Below, piece after piece: positions 63,799-64,000 of a stretch of 64,000 nt of DNA (position 1 is the stretch's first letter; the number at the start of each line of letters is the position of its first letter). The notes below the pieces were generated by a model. The model did no database searches and was not told the DNA's origin. It saw only the letters and a list, made by a program, of their open reading frames with translations. Position numbers and translations under genes: made by a program. Location of the stretch: positions 124,001 through 188,000 of the IMG/VR virus record IMGVR_UViG_3300018080_000098. One strand, 5' to 3'.

Positions 63799-63809
63799 AA
63801 GATACGCCA

Positions 63810-64000
63810 ATGTCGATCACTAAAAAGCAAGCGAAGCTCCTCCAGCTTCCCGTTGTCCGCCTCCTTTGCTGGGACCTCGAGCTCGGTCACCCCCGGCGCC
63901 CCAAACCTAATGAAAGACAGCCCAACATCATCTACAGCCTTGACGACCTCGAAATTTCCACTAAAGTAGTCAAACTTTCAGACAAACGAAAACCGGAAGA
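63810..64000 (+). CDS. Partial CDS running off the window end
   Basis: ATG 63810, MSITKKQAKLLQLPVVRLL..., open to 64000. Confidence 0.55.
   Translation, partial: MSITKKQAKLLQLPVVRLLCWDLELGHPRRPKPNERQPNIIYSLDDLEISTKVVKLSDKRKPE

Noticed and set aside
1-64000. Alternative genetic code (TAG/TGA recoding), known in some large phages
   Set aside because: Conserved enzymes are full length under code 11, and many end in TAG or TGA exactly at the next gene's start.
1-64000. Nucleus-forming phage hallmarks (ChmA shell, PhuZ tubulin, multisubunit phage RNAP)
   Set aside because: None is recognisable in this window, and a sigma factor implies use of host RNAP core; the rest of the genome is unseen.

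Overview
This window is 64 kb of a large (jumbo-type) tailed dsDNA phage genome, GC roughly mid-50s %, read with the standard code. It holds most of an autonomous replication/recombination/repair kit: UvrD, a beta-clamp-like protein, DnaX-like clamp loader, 5'-3' exonuclease, DnaB, SF2 helicase, class II RNR, RuvC, DnaG, Cas4-like exonuclease, gp32-like SSB, RecA, SbcCD and ATP-dependent ligase. It also has an RpoD-like sigma factor, scattered virion genes, two tRNAs and a block of small accessory genes. No DNA polymerase, terminase, portal or major capsid gene is recognisable here. Most striking: (1) a bacterial-type (Bd0055-like) histone-fold protein with a Lys-rich N-terminal extension, plus a separate H1/HMGA-like protein with four AT-hooks, i.e. 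a candidate phage chromatin toolkit; (2) ten otherwise dissimilar proteins at 50.5-57.1 kb sharing 15 copies of a short I-[KR]-[YVF]-x-G-x-x-Y-[KR] motif, in two convergent arrays flanking a structured, pseudoknotted ncRNA with its own promoter and terminator; (3) a second orphan ncRNA near 6.5 kb; (4) a TTGTAAAA element ahead of a dozen genes, matching a sigma factor with a degenerate region 4; (5) an 8/4-type tRNA-Pro, a GW-repeat SSB tail, and an identical FDESF C-terminus on RecA and the AT-hook protein. All family assignments are motif recognition by eye; no database searches were run.
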